A DNA stretch of 64,000 bases from an uncultured Rikenellaceae bacterium (GCA_964596715.1 CAZQVL010000005.1:10142-74141), one strand, 5' to 3'. Counted from the stretch's first letter, positions 1-10,456 are shown. The notes: generated from the letters alone by a model not told the origin. Program-made: numbers and translations.

Positions 1-2
1 TA

Positions 3-1697
3 TTGAATGAAACCGAGAATGAAAAACTGAATGAGATTATTAAAATCAATCTGGTCTGGGTACCGGAAGACTATTTCGATAATACCAATACACATTCAGG
101 AAGAATCTTCAGGAAAGCAGCAACACCCGAAATACTTTCGGAATACCTGAAGAATATCCTGACAGGTATTTCTTTAAACAGCAGAGCGAGACAACCTGAA
201 TCAGCAGAGACTAATGTACAAAGGAGTGTTGACAATGAGTTTATGTACAGAATTCTGCTCTCGATCAATAAACTGAATACAATAATTAAAAGTGAAGACA
301 TAAATTTTACTATCGATACATATTCAAGAATTCTTGACAAAATACTTAGAAGCCAGTCTGTGCCATTCTCGGGAGAACCGTTAGCAGGGATTCAGATAAT
401 GGGTATTTTGGAAACACGTGCACTCGATTTTAAAAATCTTATTATTCTTTCAGTAAATGAGGGTATTCTTCCGGCTGTTTCTGCCGGATCATCCTTTATA
501 CCCTTTAGTCTGAGAGAATCATTCGGTCTTCCTGATATAAACCACCAGGAGTCTGTATATGCTTACCATTTCTACCGTCTGTTGCACAGGTCGGAAAATG
601 TAACATTCATTTTTAACTCAAATACAGAGGGATTAAGAACCGGAGAAATGAGCAGGTATCTCCTTCAGTTGAAATTTGATACTGTTATGCGACCTGATTT
701 CCTGAGTCTTGGTTTTGATATCAGGACCCACAGTTCAATCAGAGAAACTGTGCAGAGAACGGACAGGCATTCAAAACTGATGAGATCTTTTTATGCTGGT
801 AGTGAAAACGAAAAATTGCTTTCACCTACAGCCATTAATACCTGGCTTCATTGCAGAATGAAATTCTACTACCGGTATGTTAATCGGCTAAAAGAACCAG
901 ACAGGATAGTCCCGGATATTGATCCTGCTATGCTCGGAAGTATGCTTCATGAAATAATGAATGAACTTTATTGTAATTATATAGGACAGGCGCTTTCTGG
1001 AAATACTATCGGTTCTTTTATGAAAGATGAATCAAGGCTGGAAACTCTTATGGATAAAACTGTCAGGAACAGGTTTGGGAACAGGAAGTTAAGTATTGTT
1101 ACAGGTAACGAAATAATTGTGAAGGATGTATTAGCAGTTTATCTTCACAGAGTACTGGAGGCTGATCATTTGTCTTCTCCGTTTACTGTTCTTTACCTTG
1201 AAGAACCATTCAGCTTTACTCTTAACACCGGGTCGAATAATAATGCATTTAATATAAGAGTGGGTGGAAATATTGACCGTGTTGACATAACCGGTGGTAT
1301 TACCAGGATAGTCGATTATAAGACTGGAAAAGTCGCTGACCGGATCAGTTCAGTTGAAGATCTGCTTACTGATGACAGGCAGAAAAATCTTGATGGCTGG
1401 CTTCAGATATTACTCTATTGTGAAGCTTATGCAAAAGGATCTCCCCAGAGTATAATCACACCATCTATCTATAAGGTAAGGGAATCCGTTCCGTCAGAAT
1501 TATCTGACAAACTTAAATTAAGAAGACCGGGCAGAGATATTTTAGTTGTGGAGGATTATAATATGGTAAGAGAAGAGTTTATTTCCGGTCTGACAAGAAC
1601 AATTCAGATCATTTTCTCCGATGACGAATCATTTACTATGACACGTGACCGGGGTAAATGCAGCTACTGTCCATACAAGACATTATGTATGCGCTAA
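3..1697 (+). CDS. PD-(D/E)XK nuclease family protein, AddB-like, C-terminal portion (5' end probably outside window)
   Basis: ORF is open to the window edge. C-terminal nuclease motifs GGNIDRVD and IVDYKTGK. Four Cys (LHCRMKF plus CSYCPYKTLC) arranged as in AddB/Cas4-type Fe-S nuclease domains. Confidence 0.7.
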   Translation: MNETENEKLNEIIKINLVWVPEDYFDNTNTHSGRIFRKAATPEILSEYLKNILTGISLNSRARQPESAETNVQRSVDNEFMYRILLSINKLNTIIKSEDINFTIDTYSRILDKILRSQSVPFSGEPLAGIQIMGILETRALDFKNLIILSVNEGILPAVSAGSSFIPFSLRESFGLPDINHQESVYAYHFYRLLHRSENVTFIFNSNTEGLRTGEMSRYLLQLKFDTVMRPDFLSLGFDIRTHSSIRETVQRTDRHSKLMRSFYAGSENEKLLSPTAINTWLHCRMKFYYRYVNRLKEPDRIVPDIDPAMLGSMLHEIMNELYCNYIGQALSGNTIGSFMKDESRLETLMDKTVRNRFGNRKLSIVTGNEIIVKDVLAVYLHRVLEADHLSSPFTVLYLEEPFSFTLNTGSNNNAFNIRVGGNIDRVDITGGITRIVDYKTGKVADRISSVEDLLTDDRQKNLDGWLQILLYCEAYAKGSPQSIITPSIYKVRESVPSELSDKLKLRRPGRDILVVEDYNMVREEFISGLTRTIQIIFSDDESFTMTRDRGKCSYCPYKTLCMR

Positions 1698-1713
1698 ACA
1701 TCAACAGTAAAAA

Positions 1714-2202
1714 CTATTTTTCCATTTCCCGCTGAAGAGCTGCCATCATAATGGCTGTAAATGCGGCTTCCGTACCCTTGTTACCATGCCTGCCTCCGGC
1801 CCTGTCTGTTGCCTGCTGATGGTTGGTGGTGGTTAACACTCCAAATATAAAAGGGATATTATATTCAAGATTAAGCTGAGTTATTCCCTGCGTAACTCCC
1901 TGGCAGATATATGTGAAATGGGGTGTTTCACCCTGAATGATACAACCAAGACATATTACAGCATCCAGCTCTTTATACTCTGCAAGAAACTGAGCACCCA
2001 GCGTAAGTTCGAAACTTCCCGGAACGTGTCTGACCACAATATTCTCTTCAGCTGCACCATGTTTTTTCAGGGTATCAATTGCTCCCTCAAGTAATGATGA
2101 TGTAATATCCCTGTTCCAGTCTGATACTACAATACCAAAACGCATCTGCCTGGCATCCGGAACAGCTTCAGGTTTATATTCCGAGAGATTGGTTGTCCCC
2201 AT
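1714..2202 (-). CDS. ribH: 6,7-dimethyl-8-ribityllumazine synthase
   Basis: 162 aa. Motifs [17 protein letters not shown] and GNKGTEAA are typical of lumazine synthase. Confidence 0.93.
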   Translation of the reverse strand: MGTTNLSEYKPEAVPDARQMRFGIVVSDWNRDITSSLLEGAIDTLKKHGAAEENIVVRHVPGSFELTLGAQFLAEYKELDAVICLGCIIQGETPHFTYICQGVTQGITQLNLEYNIPFIFGVLTTTNHQQATDRAGGRHGNKGTEAAFTAIMMAALQREMEK

Positions 2203-2892
2203 TTACTTCATCAGTAGTTTTACCCTGGAAATATATTTATCGATTGATGAACCTTCGGTACTCTCAGGGTATTCACTCTTAATCCTTTCGTATATTTTAA
2301 GCGCTTCGGCATAGCTGTTGTTCAATTCATATAATTCTGCGGCTTTCATAAGAAAGATGGGTGAATTGAATGAATTTGAAGCAAAATCAGCTGCCTCAAG
2401 ATATTTGGATATACCTTTTTCATAGTCGCCCATTTCAACATAAGCATCCCCTGTTGCTCCGATAGCCAGCGATCCAATGACCTTATCCTTTTTTGAATAC
2501 TTGTTCAGAAAATCTATAGCTTCTTCATATTCACCAAGATGCAGATAACAGATACCTGTACCATAAAGGGCAAGGTTGCCGGTATTGGTAAATTTATACT
2601 CATCTGCAATATCCAGAAATCCCAGATAATTACCATCGCCATATAACGCAAGGTTAATTGAATCCATCTCAAGATATCTTTCTGCCTGGTATATCTGCGA
2701 TTGAGCTTCATCATTTCTTTTATGAATATAAATCCGGGCAAGCCAGAAAATACCAACCAGAGCCACAATAACAGTCAAACCAGTTAATAATGATTTATAG
2801 TTTTCTTCCAGGAATTGTTCCGTTTTGGTGAGTGTTTGCTCAACATTCTGCAGAGTCTGGGGACTGGTTGACTTCTTCTTCTTCTTTGCCAT
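2203..2892 (-). CDS. membrane-anchored tetratricopeptide-repeat protein
   Basis: Lys-rich N-terminus, one TM helix (LLTGLTVIVALVGIFWLA), then TPR-like repeats. Abuts the ribH start with no gap. Confidence 0.7.
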   Translation of the reverse strand: MAKKKKKSTSPQTLQNVEQTLTKTEQFLEENYKSLLTGLTVIVALVGIFWLARIYIHKRNDEAQSQIYQAERYLEMDSINLALYGDGNYLGFLDIADEYKFTNTGNLALYGTGICYLHLGEYEEAIDFLNKYSKKDKVIGSLAIGATGDAYVEMGDYEKGISKYLEAADFASNSFNSPIFLMKAAELYELNNSYAEALKIYERIKSEYPESTEGSSIDKYISRVKLLMK

Positions 2893-2929
2893 AATGATAA
2901 ATTCTATAGCCCTTTAAAAAATAACTCCG

Positions 2930-2937
2930 CAAAAGTA
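2930..2937 (-). promoter_or_regulatory. candidate Bacteroidota sigma-A -7 element (TACTTTTG on minus strand) for the TPR-ribH operon
   Basis: Plus strand reads CAAAAGTA, which matches TAnnTTTG on the minus strand, 38-45 nt upstream of the ATG at 2892. Confidence 0.45.
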
Positions 2938-3019
2938 ATTTATTTTTTCGTTTTTTCGTTATTTTGTTAATTCGTTATTGTGTTGTTATATTTTATGCCA
3001 TTAAACCCTCAAACTCTGC

Positions 3020-4147
3020 ATGTACCTCAAGAAACTCTCTCTTACAAATTTTAAAAACTATACACGGGCGGACCTGGAATTTTCATCAAAGATCAACTGT
3101 TTTGTTGGTAATAATGGTGTGGGGAAAACAAATATTTTTGATGCAATACACTATTTATCGCTCTCGAAAAGCTTCTTTAATAATATTGATAATATAAGTA
3201 TTAAGCATGATGAGGATTTTTTTAGCATACAGGGATTATTTATCAGAGATAATGAAGAGAATAACATTTTTTGTTTTTTCCAGAAGCAAAAACAGAAGGT
3301 ATTAAAACATAATGGTAAAGAATATCAGAGGTTATCAGATCATGTCGGTAAATACCCTGTTGTGATGATTTCGCCTGCTGACAGCTCACTCATTAGTGAA
3401 GGGAGTGAAGAGAGGAGAAAGTTCCTTAATAAAATAATAAGTCAGTATAATTCTGAATATCTTAACTCTGTACTTAAATATAACAAAGCTCTTCAACAGC
3501 GGAATAAATTGCTTAAGGATTTTAGAACAGGAGATTACTTTGATAATGAAATGCTTTCAGTCTGGGATGCGCAGCTGGTAAAGTACGGGACCCTTGTATT
3601 TAGTGAAAGGGATTCCCTGGTGAATGAACTCATCGAAGTCTTTCAGGAGTATTACTCATTTATCACCAACGAGGCGGAATCAGTTAAGCTTTCATACCAT
3701 TCACATCTTAGTGACGGCGATTTCAGCGAGTTACTAAGGAATTCTGTATCAGAGGACAGATTCTTTGAGTATACTACTACTGGCATTCATAAAGATGATC
3801 TTGTATTTGAAATGAATGGCTACCATGTGAAATCACTTGGCTCCCAGGGACAACAAAAATCATATCTGGTTGCGCTTAAACTTGCCAAGTTCGATTATAT
3901 TAAAAGGAAAGCCGGATTCGCCCCGATTCTTCTGCTGGATGATATTTTTGATAAGTTTGATGCTGTCAGGGTAGAACAAATTATACGGCTTGTCGGAAAT
4001 CACAGGTTTGGTCAGATTTTTATTACTGACACTCACCAGGACAGATTGCAGGATATCCTGAAAAATCTCGATTCAGACTATAAGCTTTTCAGAATCGGTA
4101 ATGAAGGAATAGATGAAATCATTCAAAATGGTATAAGGAAGAAATGA
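3020..4147 (+). CDS. recF: DNA replication and repair protein RecF
   Basis: N-terminal LSLTNFKNY and Walker A GNNGVGKTN. SMC-type signature SQGQQKS and Walker B LLLDDIF. Confidence 0.92.
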   Translation: MYLKKLSLTNFKNYTRADLEFSSKINCFVGNNGVGKTNIFDAIHYLSLSKSFFNNIDNISIKHDEDFFSIQGLFIRDNEENNIFCFFQKQKQKVLKHNGKEYQRLSDHVGKYPVVMISPADSSLISEGSEERRKFLNKIISQYNSEYLNSVLKYNKALQQRNKLLKDFRTGDYFDNEMLSVWDAQLVKYGTLVFSERDSLVNELIEVFQEYYSFITNEAESVKLSYHSHLSDGDFSELLRNSVSEDRFFEYTTTGIHKDDLVFEMNGYHVKSLGSQGQQKSYLVALKLAKFDYIKRKAGFAPILLLDDIFDKFDAVRVEQIIRLVGNHRFGQIFITDTHQDRLQDILKNLDSDYKLFRIGNEGIDEIIQNGIRKK

Positions 4148-4434
4148 GACGCAGTAAAACCATATCTCTTGCAGAAGCAATAAAAGATTACATCAGGGAG
4201 ATGAATCTGGATGAAAAACTTACGGAAATAAACTTAATCAATTCATGGGAAGAGATTGTCGGAAAAGCTATCTCTTCCAGAACCACAAGAGTATATATCA
4301 AGGACAGGATTATGTACGTTCATCTTAATTCATCAGTTGTCAGGAACGAATTACTTATGCTCAGGGAAGCTTTGAAAGAGAAATTGAATGAAAAGGCAGG
4401 CAGGGAAGTAATTAAAGATATCGTTCTCAGATAG
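4144..4434 (+). CDS. DUF721 domain protein (recF-associated)
   Basis: 96 aa, overlaps the recF stop by 4 nt. Position and size match the conserved DUF721 partner of recF. Confidence 0.75.
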   Translation: MRRSKTISLAEAIKDYIREMNLDEKLTEINLINSWEEIVGKAISSRTTRVYIKDRIMYVHLNSSVVRNELLMLREALKEKLNEKAGREVIKDIVLR

Positions 4435-4445
4435 ACTTCAGCAAA

Positions 4446-6194
4446 TCAGGTTATTTCATAATTTTTTCCGGAAATCCGGATTGATTTTTCTATATTTTTG
4501 TGTGATGTAAAGAGATACTCTTTCCCTTCTGAAGTTACCCTGACTTTTTTGTTTTCAATTTCAACAGCAACTTTACCGGTACTATTTTTTTGCACTATGA
4601 AATCTGCCAGCAACAGCGCTTTTTCTATCCCGTCACCACGCCTGAAATTCCATACCTCATCCGGTTGAGCAAGCCTGTTACTGTCATAAATGGAATTATC
4701 AGGCATATCATGGAGAATATTAAATACATCTTCTGTTGATTTTCCATTCAGATCATTAAAGCATACAGGATTGCGCTCCATAGCTGCCTTAACAAACGGA
4801 AGCCAGCTTATAACATCCATTTCCCTGTATACATATAATGCAAGCCGGGATAATTCCGATCGGTCCGACAATGAGTGGATTGTCCTGATGATTGTATCCC
4901 TGTTGTCTTCAATATCTATTCCAGGTACTATGGTGCTGACATAATTCTTTTCATGATCAGGAAGCCGGGGATCTGTTTTAATAAAACCAGCCAGGTCAAT
5001 GAACATTTCGTGAATAAAATTTTTAAATCTGGCTTCTGTATTCCGGATAACATCGTTTTCTATTTCTTCAAGGCTTTTACCTTTACTTTTGCTTAAAATC
5101 TCTTCGATATTATTCAGCATTATTTTCCCGTGGATCGGACTGAGATGAAATTCATCTTCTTCTATTTCTTTTACAAGCAATTCGCGAGTCTCACAGGAAA
5201 CGCCGAACTTGCTGGTATGCTCGTATTCAAACATCTTTTCAAGTGATATGTACCTTTCCTTCCCGGAACATTCACACCTGTACTGAAATAATGATTTGTA
5301 TTTTGGCTTGAACCGCAGGAAGTTAACAAAGTTAGTATCCGTAAGTTCAGTAATCAGAAATTCTCTGAGCCTGAGTGAGAAAAGTTCATATGCTTTCCTG
5401 TCGATAGTTGCCTCATCATATATTAAATGAATATAGCCTGAGATATGAGATACAATGGTTACCTTCTCATTTTCCATTGCTCTTCGTGCTTTGGCAGATA
5501 GAGAAGTACCGTTAAACCACATATTCTTTGTAACAATTCTTCTGTTATTGGTAATCAGGCCATTGTTTTCGATAATGAAGTTTTGTGAGTGTAAAGGTGT
5601 GGCGATCAGAAAGATTTTTTCGAGTGGAACTCGTCCCACCACAAACATGGCAGCAGTATAGAGTGCTGAAAATGAAACACATTCACCAGCTCCTGAGGAG
5701 AAATTCTCCTTGAATTTGAAGGCTGTCATTGCCTCAACAGTTTCAGTTTTCCAGTAAGGGATAATATCTGAGTCATATTTGTCGAGTCCAAAATGTTTCC
5801 TGATATCAATATCAAAATAGTACTTATCTCCCTCATAACCGAATAAAGCATTTGACTGTTTTAACAACTCCGTATTAAAAAATTTTGCGAATCTTTCCAG
5901 CTCCCTGTTTTTTGAAGTAAGACCCCATGTTGACAGATCCAGATTAAAAACATAATTCTGAATGATATACTGTTTTATCCTGTTGGTTTTGTATGTAAAA
6001 TTCTTTTTATCAATGTCTTTAAACCATGGATCCTCCCGCCACTTCCAGATAATAGGAGACATTATATTTGCCAGTACAAGAGGATAGAATAACTCCGGGA
6101 AGATAAAAATCTCCATATCGGAGAGAGTAAAAGCAGAAGAATACCTTTCCAGGATTTTGTTATCGGAAAAGTCTGTTTTGAGATTAGAATACAT
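4446..6194 (-). CDS. hypothetical protein with possible transglutaminase-like Cys-His core
   Basis: 582-aa uninterrupted ORF. Segment GAGECVSFSALYTAAMFVVGRVP ... TPLHSQNFIIENNG resembles the Cys...His...Asp/Asn spacing of transglutaminase-like cysteine peptidase folds. Confidence 0.6.
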   Translation of the reverse strand: MYSNLKTDFSDNKILERYSSAFTLSDMEIFIFPELFYPLVLANIMSPIIWKWREDPWFKDIDKKNFTYKTNRIKQYIIQNYVFNLDLSTWGLTSKNRELERFAKFFNTELLKQSNALFGYEGDKYYFDIDIRKHFGLDKYDSDIIPYWKTETVEAMTAFKFKENFSSGAGECVSFSALYTAAMFVVGRVPLEKIFLIATPLHSQNFIIENNGLITNNRRIVTKNMWFNGTSLSAKARRAMENEKVTIVSHISGYIHLIYDEATIDRKAYELFSLRLREFLITELTDTNFVNFLRFKPKYKSLFQYRCECSGKERYISLEKMFEYEHTSKFGVSCETRELLVKEIEEDEFHLSPIHGKIMLNNIEEILSKSKGKSLEEIENDVIRNTEARFKNFIHEMFIDLAGFIKTDPRLPDHEKNYVSTIVPGIDIEDNRDTIIRTIHSLSDRSELSRLALYVYREMDVISWLPFVKAAMERNPVCFNDLNGKSTEDVFNILHDMPDNSIYDSNRLAQPDEVWNFRRGDGIEKALLLADFIVQKNSTGKVAVEIENKKVRVTSEGKEYLFTSHKNIEKSIRISGKNYEIT

Positions 6195-6256
6195 GAGTCC
6201 TATTAAATTTTTGCAAATCTAATAACACAATTTAAATTTAAAAGCTTAAGCAGTAA

Positions 6257-6682
6257 TTAGAATCTTTCTATACCTGAAAAAAAGAAATCGATTTCGCGCT
6301 GTGCATTCTCAACAGAGTCAGAACCATGCACGGCATTCATCTGTATTGATACTGCAAAAATTTTTCTTATTGTCCCCTGTTCTGCTTTACTGGGATCTGT
6401 ATCCCCGATAAGCTTCCTGAATAATTCAACTGCATTATTATGCTTTAGTATCATAACAATAACAGAACCTGATGTCATAAACTCAACAAGATCCTCAAAG
6501 AAAGGTTTGCCTTCATGAACAGCGTAGAATAACTCGGCTTGCGGGAGCGTCATTTTTACCATTTTCATGGCTGTGATCTCAAATCCCCCTTCATTAATCA
6601 TTGCAAGGATGGGGCCTGTTTTTCCTGTCCTTACAGCATTTGGCTTAATAATTGCTAGCGTAAAATCACCGGACATAATCAA
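6257..6682 (-). CDS. ndk: nucleoside-diphosphate kinase
   Basis: IIKPNAV and NAVHGSDS active-site motif. 141 aa. Confidence 0.93.
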   Translation of the reverse strand: MIMSGDFTLAIIKPNAVRTGKTGPILAMINEGGFEITAMKMVKMTLPQAELFYAVHEGKPFFEDLVEFMTSGSVIVMILKHNNAVELFRKLIGDTDPSKAEQGTIRKIFAVSIQMNAVHGSDSVENAQREIDFFFSGIERF

Positions 6683-6728
6683 TTAATTTTGACATTCAAC
6701 AATCTGATAGGTCTTCAGGAATATTTTC

Positions 6729-6736
6729 TATCTTTG
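6729..6736 (+). promoter_or_regulatory. candidate -7 element TATCTTTG for the DHH phosphoesterase gene
   Basis: Matches TAnnTTTG 26 nt upstream of the GTG start at 6762. Confidence 0.4.
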
Positions 6737-6761
6737 TCCACTTGTTTTAGCAGTAGAAAAA

Positions 6762-7781
6762 GTGTTAGACTTATCCAAATATACAAAACAATTATCGAAT
6801 CTTTTAACATCATCTGAGAATATATTGCTTGTATGTCATATCAATCCTGATGGTGATGCAATCGGATCTCAATTAGCACTCTATCAATATCTTAAGACAA
6901 CAGGCAGAAATGTTAACATGCTCTCTCCAAACAACCTTCAGGAGTTTCTCAAGTGGATGGATGGAGCAGAAATAATAAATATTTTCATCAGGGACAGGGA
7001 AGAATGCAAAAAGCTGATCAGAGAAGCAGATCTGATTATAATGCTCGATTTCAACCAATCGAACAGGCTCGGAGAAGCTGAAAAATTTATCATTAATTCC
7101 CGCGCTTTCAAAGTAATAATAGACCATCATCTGGATCCTGAGGATTTTGCAGACCTTATAATAACTGATCCTTCAAGATGCTCAACTGCTGAATTGTTAA
7201 ATGATATTATCAGCAACATTCATGGAAGTCAGTTTCTTAACACTCCGTATGCTGTGGCTGTTTACGTTGCAATTATTACCGATACCGGGAACTTTGAATA
7301 TGGAACCTATTCAGGCGACACTCTCAGAACTGTTGCCGGACTGCTTGATTACGGAATTGAAAGGGATGAAATCTTTAATAGAGTTTACAATAACTTTTCT
7401 GAAGACCGTATGAGACTGATGGGATATGCACTGGATAAAAGGATGGTCATAATACCGGAATATAAAAGCGCGTATATCTATCTTACAAAAAAGGATCTGA
7501 CTGATTATAACTACGTAAAAGGTGATACCGAAGGATTCGTTAATTTGCCTCTGTCAATAAAAGGAATTGTCTTTTCAACTCTTTTTATTGAGAAGGAAAA
7601 TAATATTAAACTATCCTTTCGTTCGAGAGGAAAATTTCCTGTAAATGAATTTGCCTCACTGTATTTTTCCGGAGGAGGTCATTTAAACGCTTCAGGGGGT
7701 GATTATTATGATTCACTGGAGAATACTATTGCCTACTTCATGAAAGTCCTGAAAGAGAATATCTGGCAGTTGAAATATTGA
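6762..7781 (+). CDS. DHH family phosphoesterase (NrnA-like oligoribonuclease/pAp phosphatase)
   Basis: Motifs HINPDGDAIGS, IIDHH and C-terminal GGGHLNASGG (DHH/DHHA1). GTG start. Confidence 0.85.
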   Translation: MLDLSKYTKQLSNLLTSSENILLVCHINPDGDAIGSQLALYQYLKTTGRNVNMLSPNNLQEFLKWMDGAEIINIFIRDREECKKLIREADLIIMLDFNQSNRLGEAEKFIINSRAFKVIIDHHLDPEDFADLIITDPSRCSTAELLNDIISNIHGSQFLNTPYAVAVYVAIITDTGNFEYGTYSGDTLRTVAGLLDYGIERDEIFNRVYNNFSEDRMRLMGYALDKRMVIIPEYKSAYIYLTKKDLTDYNYVKGDTEGFVNLPLSIKGIVFSTLFIEKENNIKLSFRSRGKFPVNEFASLYFSGGGHLNASGGDYYDSLENTIAYFMKVLKENIWQLKY

Positions 7782-7793
7782 ATTTCGATTATA

Positions 7794-8312
7794 ATGAACA
7801 GAAGATCGTCTATATTCTTTATCCTTATTCTGGTATTGATGTCCTGCAGTAACAGGCAGGAGAGAAGCACTGTGCCCGGCAAACCTGGGAAAAGTGAGAT
7901 GGCTGATCTTAATAAGTATCTTGTTCGTAAAGACAGGGAAAGGATTGAAAATTACATCGAACGGAAGAATCTGATAATGAAAGAATCATCCTCCGGACTA
8001 TGGTATTTTATAAATCAGGAGGGATCAGGAGATCTCTTTACTGACAATGATAAGGTAGTTTTCGAATATGAATGCTCCCTTCTCGACGGAACACAGTGCT
8101 ATTCATCAGAGGAACTTGGTCCAAAAGAAATAATCCTGGGCAAGAGTGAAGTTGAAGCCGGACTGAACGAAGGCTTAAGGATGTTGAAGCCGGGTGCAGA
8201 GGCAATCTTTATCTTACCTTCTTTTTTAGCGTATGGTTTGCTGGGAGATGGGAAAAAGATACCTTCAAGAGCTGTAATAGTCTATAATATTACTATCTTG
8301 GGCGACAAATAA
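7794..8312 (+). CDS. FKBP-type peptidyl-prolyl cis-trans isomerase lipoprotein (GldI-like)
   Basis: Signal peptide ending in lipobox LMSC. FKBP core VVFEYECSLLDGT ... FILPSFLAYG. Confidence 0.85.
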   Translation: MNRRSSIFFILILVLMSCSNRQERSTVPGKPGKSEMADLNKYLVRKDRERIENYIERKNLIMKESSSGLWYFINQEGSGDLFTDNDKVVFEYECSLLDGTQCYSSEELGPKEIILGKSEVEAGLNEGLRMLKPGAEAIFILPSFLAYGLLGDGKKIPSRAVIVYNITILGDK

Positions 8313-8356
8313 TTTACGGAATGATTTTTGACAGGCATTGAATTAAACTGAATATT

Positions 8357-8854
8357 ATGAAACGAATACAAAATCACATTACTTCTATTATCTTATTTGG
8401 CGTGATACTGATTACTGCTGTATCATGTAAAGTTTCTAAAAAGTATGAAGATGAGGAAAGAGCTGAAATAGATAATTATCTTGCGAACCACCCAGATCTT
8501 GCTTTTGAGCTTAAACCCAGTGGATTATATTACCTTGAAGTTGAAATTGGTCCTGGTGAATTGACAGTTACGCACGATACTGCATTTATTATGTATACCG
8601 GAATGTATCTCGACGGTACGGTTTTTGACACAAATGTCGGAACCGAAGATACTTTAATCTTCCCGGTAGATGAGGGATGGGTCCTTCCGGGATTTGATGA
8701 AGGGATAACCTATATGAGGGATGGAGGAAAAGCAAAGTTTCTGGTTCCGTCAAATCTTGCATATGGCTCTACGGGTTGGTATCCGATACCCGGTTATACT
8801 CCACTGCTGTTTGATGTCGAACTTGTACGGCTTATTCCCGGCCCCGGGCTCTGA
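8357..8854 (+). CDS. FKBP-type peptidyl-prolyl cis-trans isomerase lipoprotein
   Basis: Lipobox AVSC. FKBP core IMYTGMYLDGTVFD ... FLVPSNLAYG. Confidence 0.85.
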   Translation: MKRIQNHITSIILFGVILITAVSCKVSKKYEDEERAEIDNYLANHPDLAFELKPSGLYYLEVEIGPGELTVTHDTAFIMYTGMYLDGTVFDTNVGTEDTLIFPVDEGWVLPGFDEGITYMRDGGKAKFLVPSNLAYGSTGWYPIPGYTPLLFDVELVRLIPGPGL

Positions 8855-8859
8855 TAAAA

Positions 8860-9558
8860 TTATTGCAGGATAAAGATTACCGGTCTGCCTTTAAGTACTG
8901 GCATTCTTTTTTTCCATTCCGATATTTTCATAGTTCTGATGGATTCTGTTGGAAGTGTAATATCTGCTGCAATACAAAGGTTTGTGTCAGGACGGCATGT
9001 TGCAAGTATTGACTCAAGCATCTGCTGATTCCGATAAGGTGTCTCCATAAAGATCTGTGCATATCCCTTCCGCGAATTCATCTCAAGCTCCCGGAGCCGT
9101 GCTGATCTTTCCCGGGATTTTATCGGAAGATAACCGTTAAATGAGAAGTTCTGTCCGTTTAGTCCGGATGAAATTAACGCAAGAATTATTGATGATGGAC
9201 CCGAAAGAGGTATGACCGTAATGTTTTTCTGATGAGCCAATGCAACAATGCGTGCACCAGGGTCAGCAATACCCGGAAGTCCGGCTTCACTCATTATTCC
9301 GATATCTGAACCGCCAAGCACGGGATCAAGATAATGGCCGAGGTCTGCCCCGGCAGTCTGTTCATTAAGTTCAAAGAATTCGCACTCATCGATCGGAAAG
9401 GCTTTGTCAATAAGTCTCAGATACCTTCTGGCGCTTCGTATGTCCTCAACAATAAAGAACCTCAGAGATCGGGTAAGTGTTAATACCTTCTCGGGGATCA
9501 CTTTCAGAAAATCGTCACCACCCAGGATTACAGGTATCAGGTAAACGGAACCCATCAC
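8860..9558 (-). CDS. SAM-dependent methyltransferase, tetrapyrrole-methylase/RsmI-like fold
   Basis: 232 aa. SEAGLPGIADPG and GPSSI motifs are typical of the RsmI-like TP_methylase family. Confidence 0.75.
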   Translation of the reverse strand: MMGSVYLIPVILGGDDFLKVIPEKVLTLTRSLRFFIVEDIRSARRYLRLIDKAFPIDECEFFELNEQTAGADLGHYLDPVLGGSDIGIMSEAGLPGIADPGARIVALAHQKNITVIPLSGPSSIILALISSGLNGQNFSFNGYLPIKSRERSARLRELEMNSRKGYAQIFMETPYRNQQMLESILATCRPDTNLCIAADITLPTESIRTMKISEWKKRMPVLKGRPVIFILQ

Positions 9559-9649
9559 ACACTTTGGTTTATTCAGTAAAATTACAATTTATCACTTTTA
9601 TTTCAGAAACAAAAAACTCTGACATGTTGCCTGTTAATCTTTTTTGGTT

Positions 9650-9657
9650 TAGGTTTG
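9650..9657 (+). promoter_or_regulatory. candidate -7 element TAGGTTTG for the MBL-fold hydrolase gene
   Basis: Matches TAnnTTTG 20 nt upstream of the GTG start at 9677. Confidence 0.35.
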
Positions 9658-9676
9658 TTGTTAAATACTGTATAGA

Positions 9677-10444
9677 GTGAAAATTACATTTCTTGGAACA
9701 GGTACATCACAGGGAGTCCCGGTAATAGCTTGCGAGTGTGAAACATGCCAGTCTGAGGATCCGCGTGACAAAAGACTCAGAACCTCCCTGCTCTACGAAG
9801 AGGAAGAGACGACCCTGCTTTTTGATGCAGGTCCCGATTTCCGTCAGCAAATGCTCAGAGAAGGTGTAAAAAAACTCGATTCAATAATCCTGACTCATGA
9901 ACACAAAGATCATATTGCAGGAATAGATGATGTGAGAGCTTTCAACTATAAAAGCCAGGATGCTATAGACATCTACGCGGAGGAGAGAGTCCTGAAAGCA
10001 ATAAGAAAAGAGTTTTCATATGTTTTTGCAGAATACCAGTACCCGGGGATACCGAAGATGAGGCTAAATACGGTAAATGATCACAGTTTCAGTGTAAACG
10101 GTATTCCAATAATACCTGTGAGAGTATTTCATTACCGTCTTCCTGTTTTTGGATACAGAATTGGAAATTTTGCCTATATAACCGATGCTAATTACGTTCC
10201 GGAAGAGAGCAAGGGAAAGTTGTTTGGTGTTAAATACCTTGTTGTTAATGCTCTCCGTAAGGAAAAACATATTTCTCATTTTAGCCTCAGAGAAGCAATT
10301 GACTTCATCAGGGAAATATCACCTAAAAAAGCATTCATAACTCATGTAAGTCATCAGATGGGCCGCTACGAACAAGTATCAGCAGAGTTGCCTCCTGAAA
10401 TAATCCTGGCGTATGATGGATTGATCTTAACCTGTAATGAATAA
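9677..10444 (+). CDS. MBL-fold metallo-hydrolase (PhnP-like)
   Basis: KITFLGTGTSQGVP N-terminus and HEHKDH (HxHxDH) metal motif. Confidence 0.8.
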   Translation: MKITFLGTGTSQGVPVIACECETCQSEDPRDKRLRTSLLYEEEETTLLFDAGPDFRQQMLREGVKKLDSIILTHEHKDHIAGIDDVRAFNYKSQDAIDIYAEERVLKAIRKEFSYVFAEYQYPGIPKMRLNTVNDHSFSVNGIPIIPVRVFHYRLPVFGYRIGNFAYITDANYVPEESKGKLFGVKYLVVNALRKEKHISHFSLREAIDFIREISPKKAFITHVSHQMGRYEQVSAELPPEIILAYDGLILTCNE

Positions 10445-10456
10445 TAGATCCGCTTC

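Noticed and set aside
2964-3197. 77-aa plus-strand ORF overlapping the recF start in another frame
   Set aside because: The recF N-terminus (MYLKKLSLTNFKNY) starts at 3020 in a different frame and is canonical. The overlapping ORF has no support.
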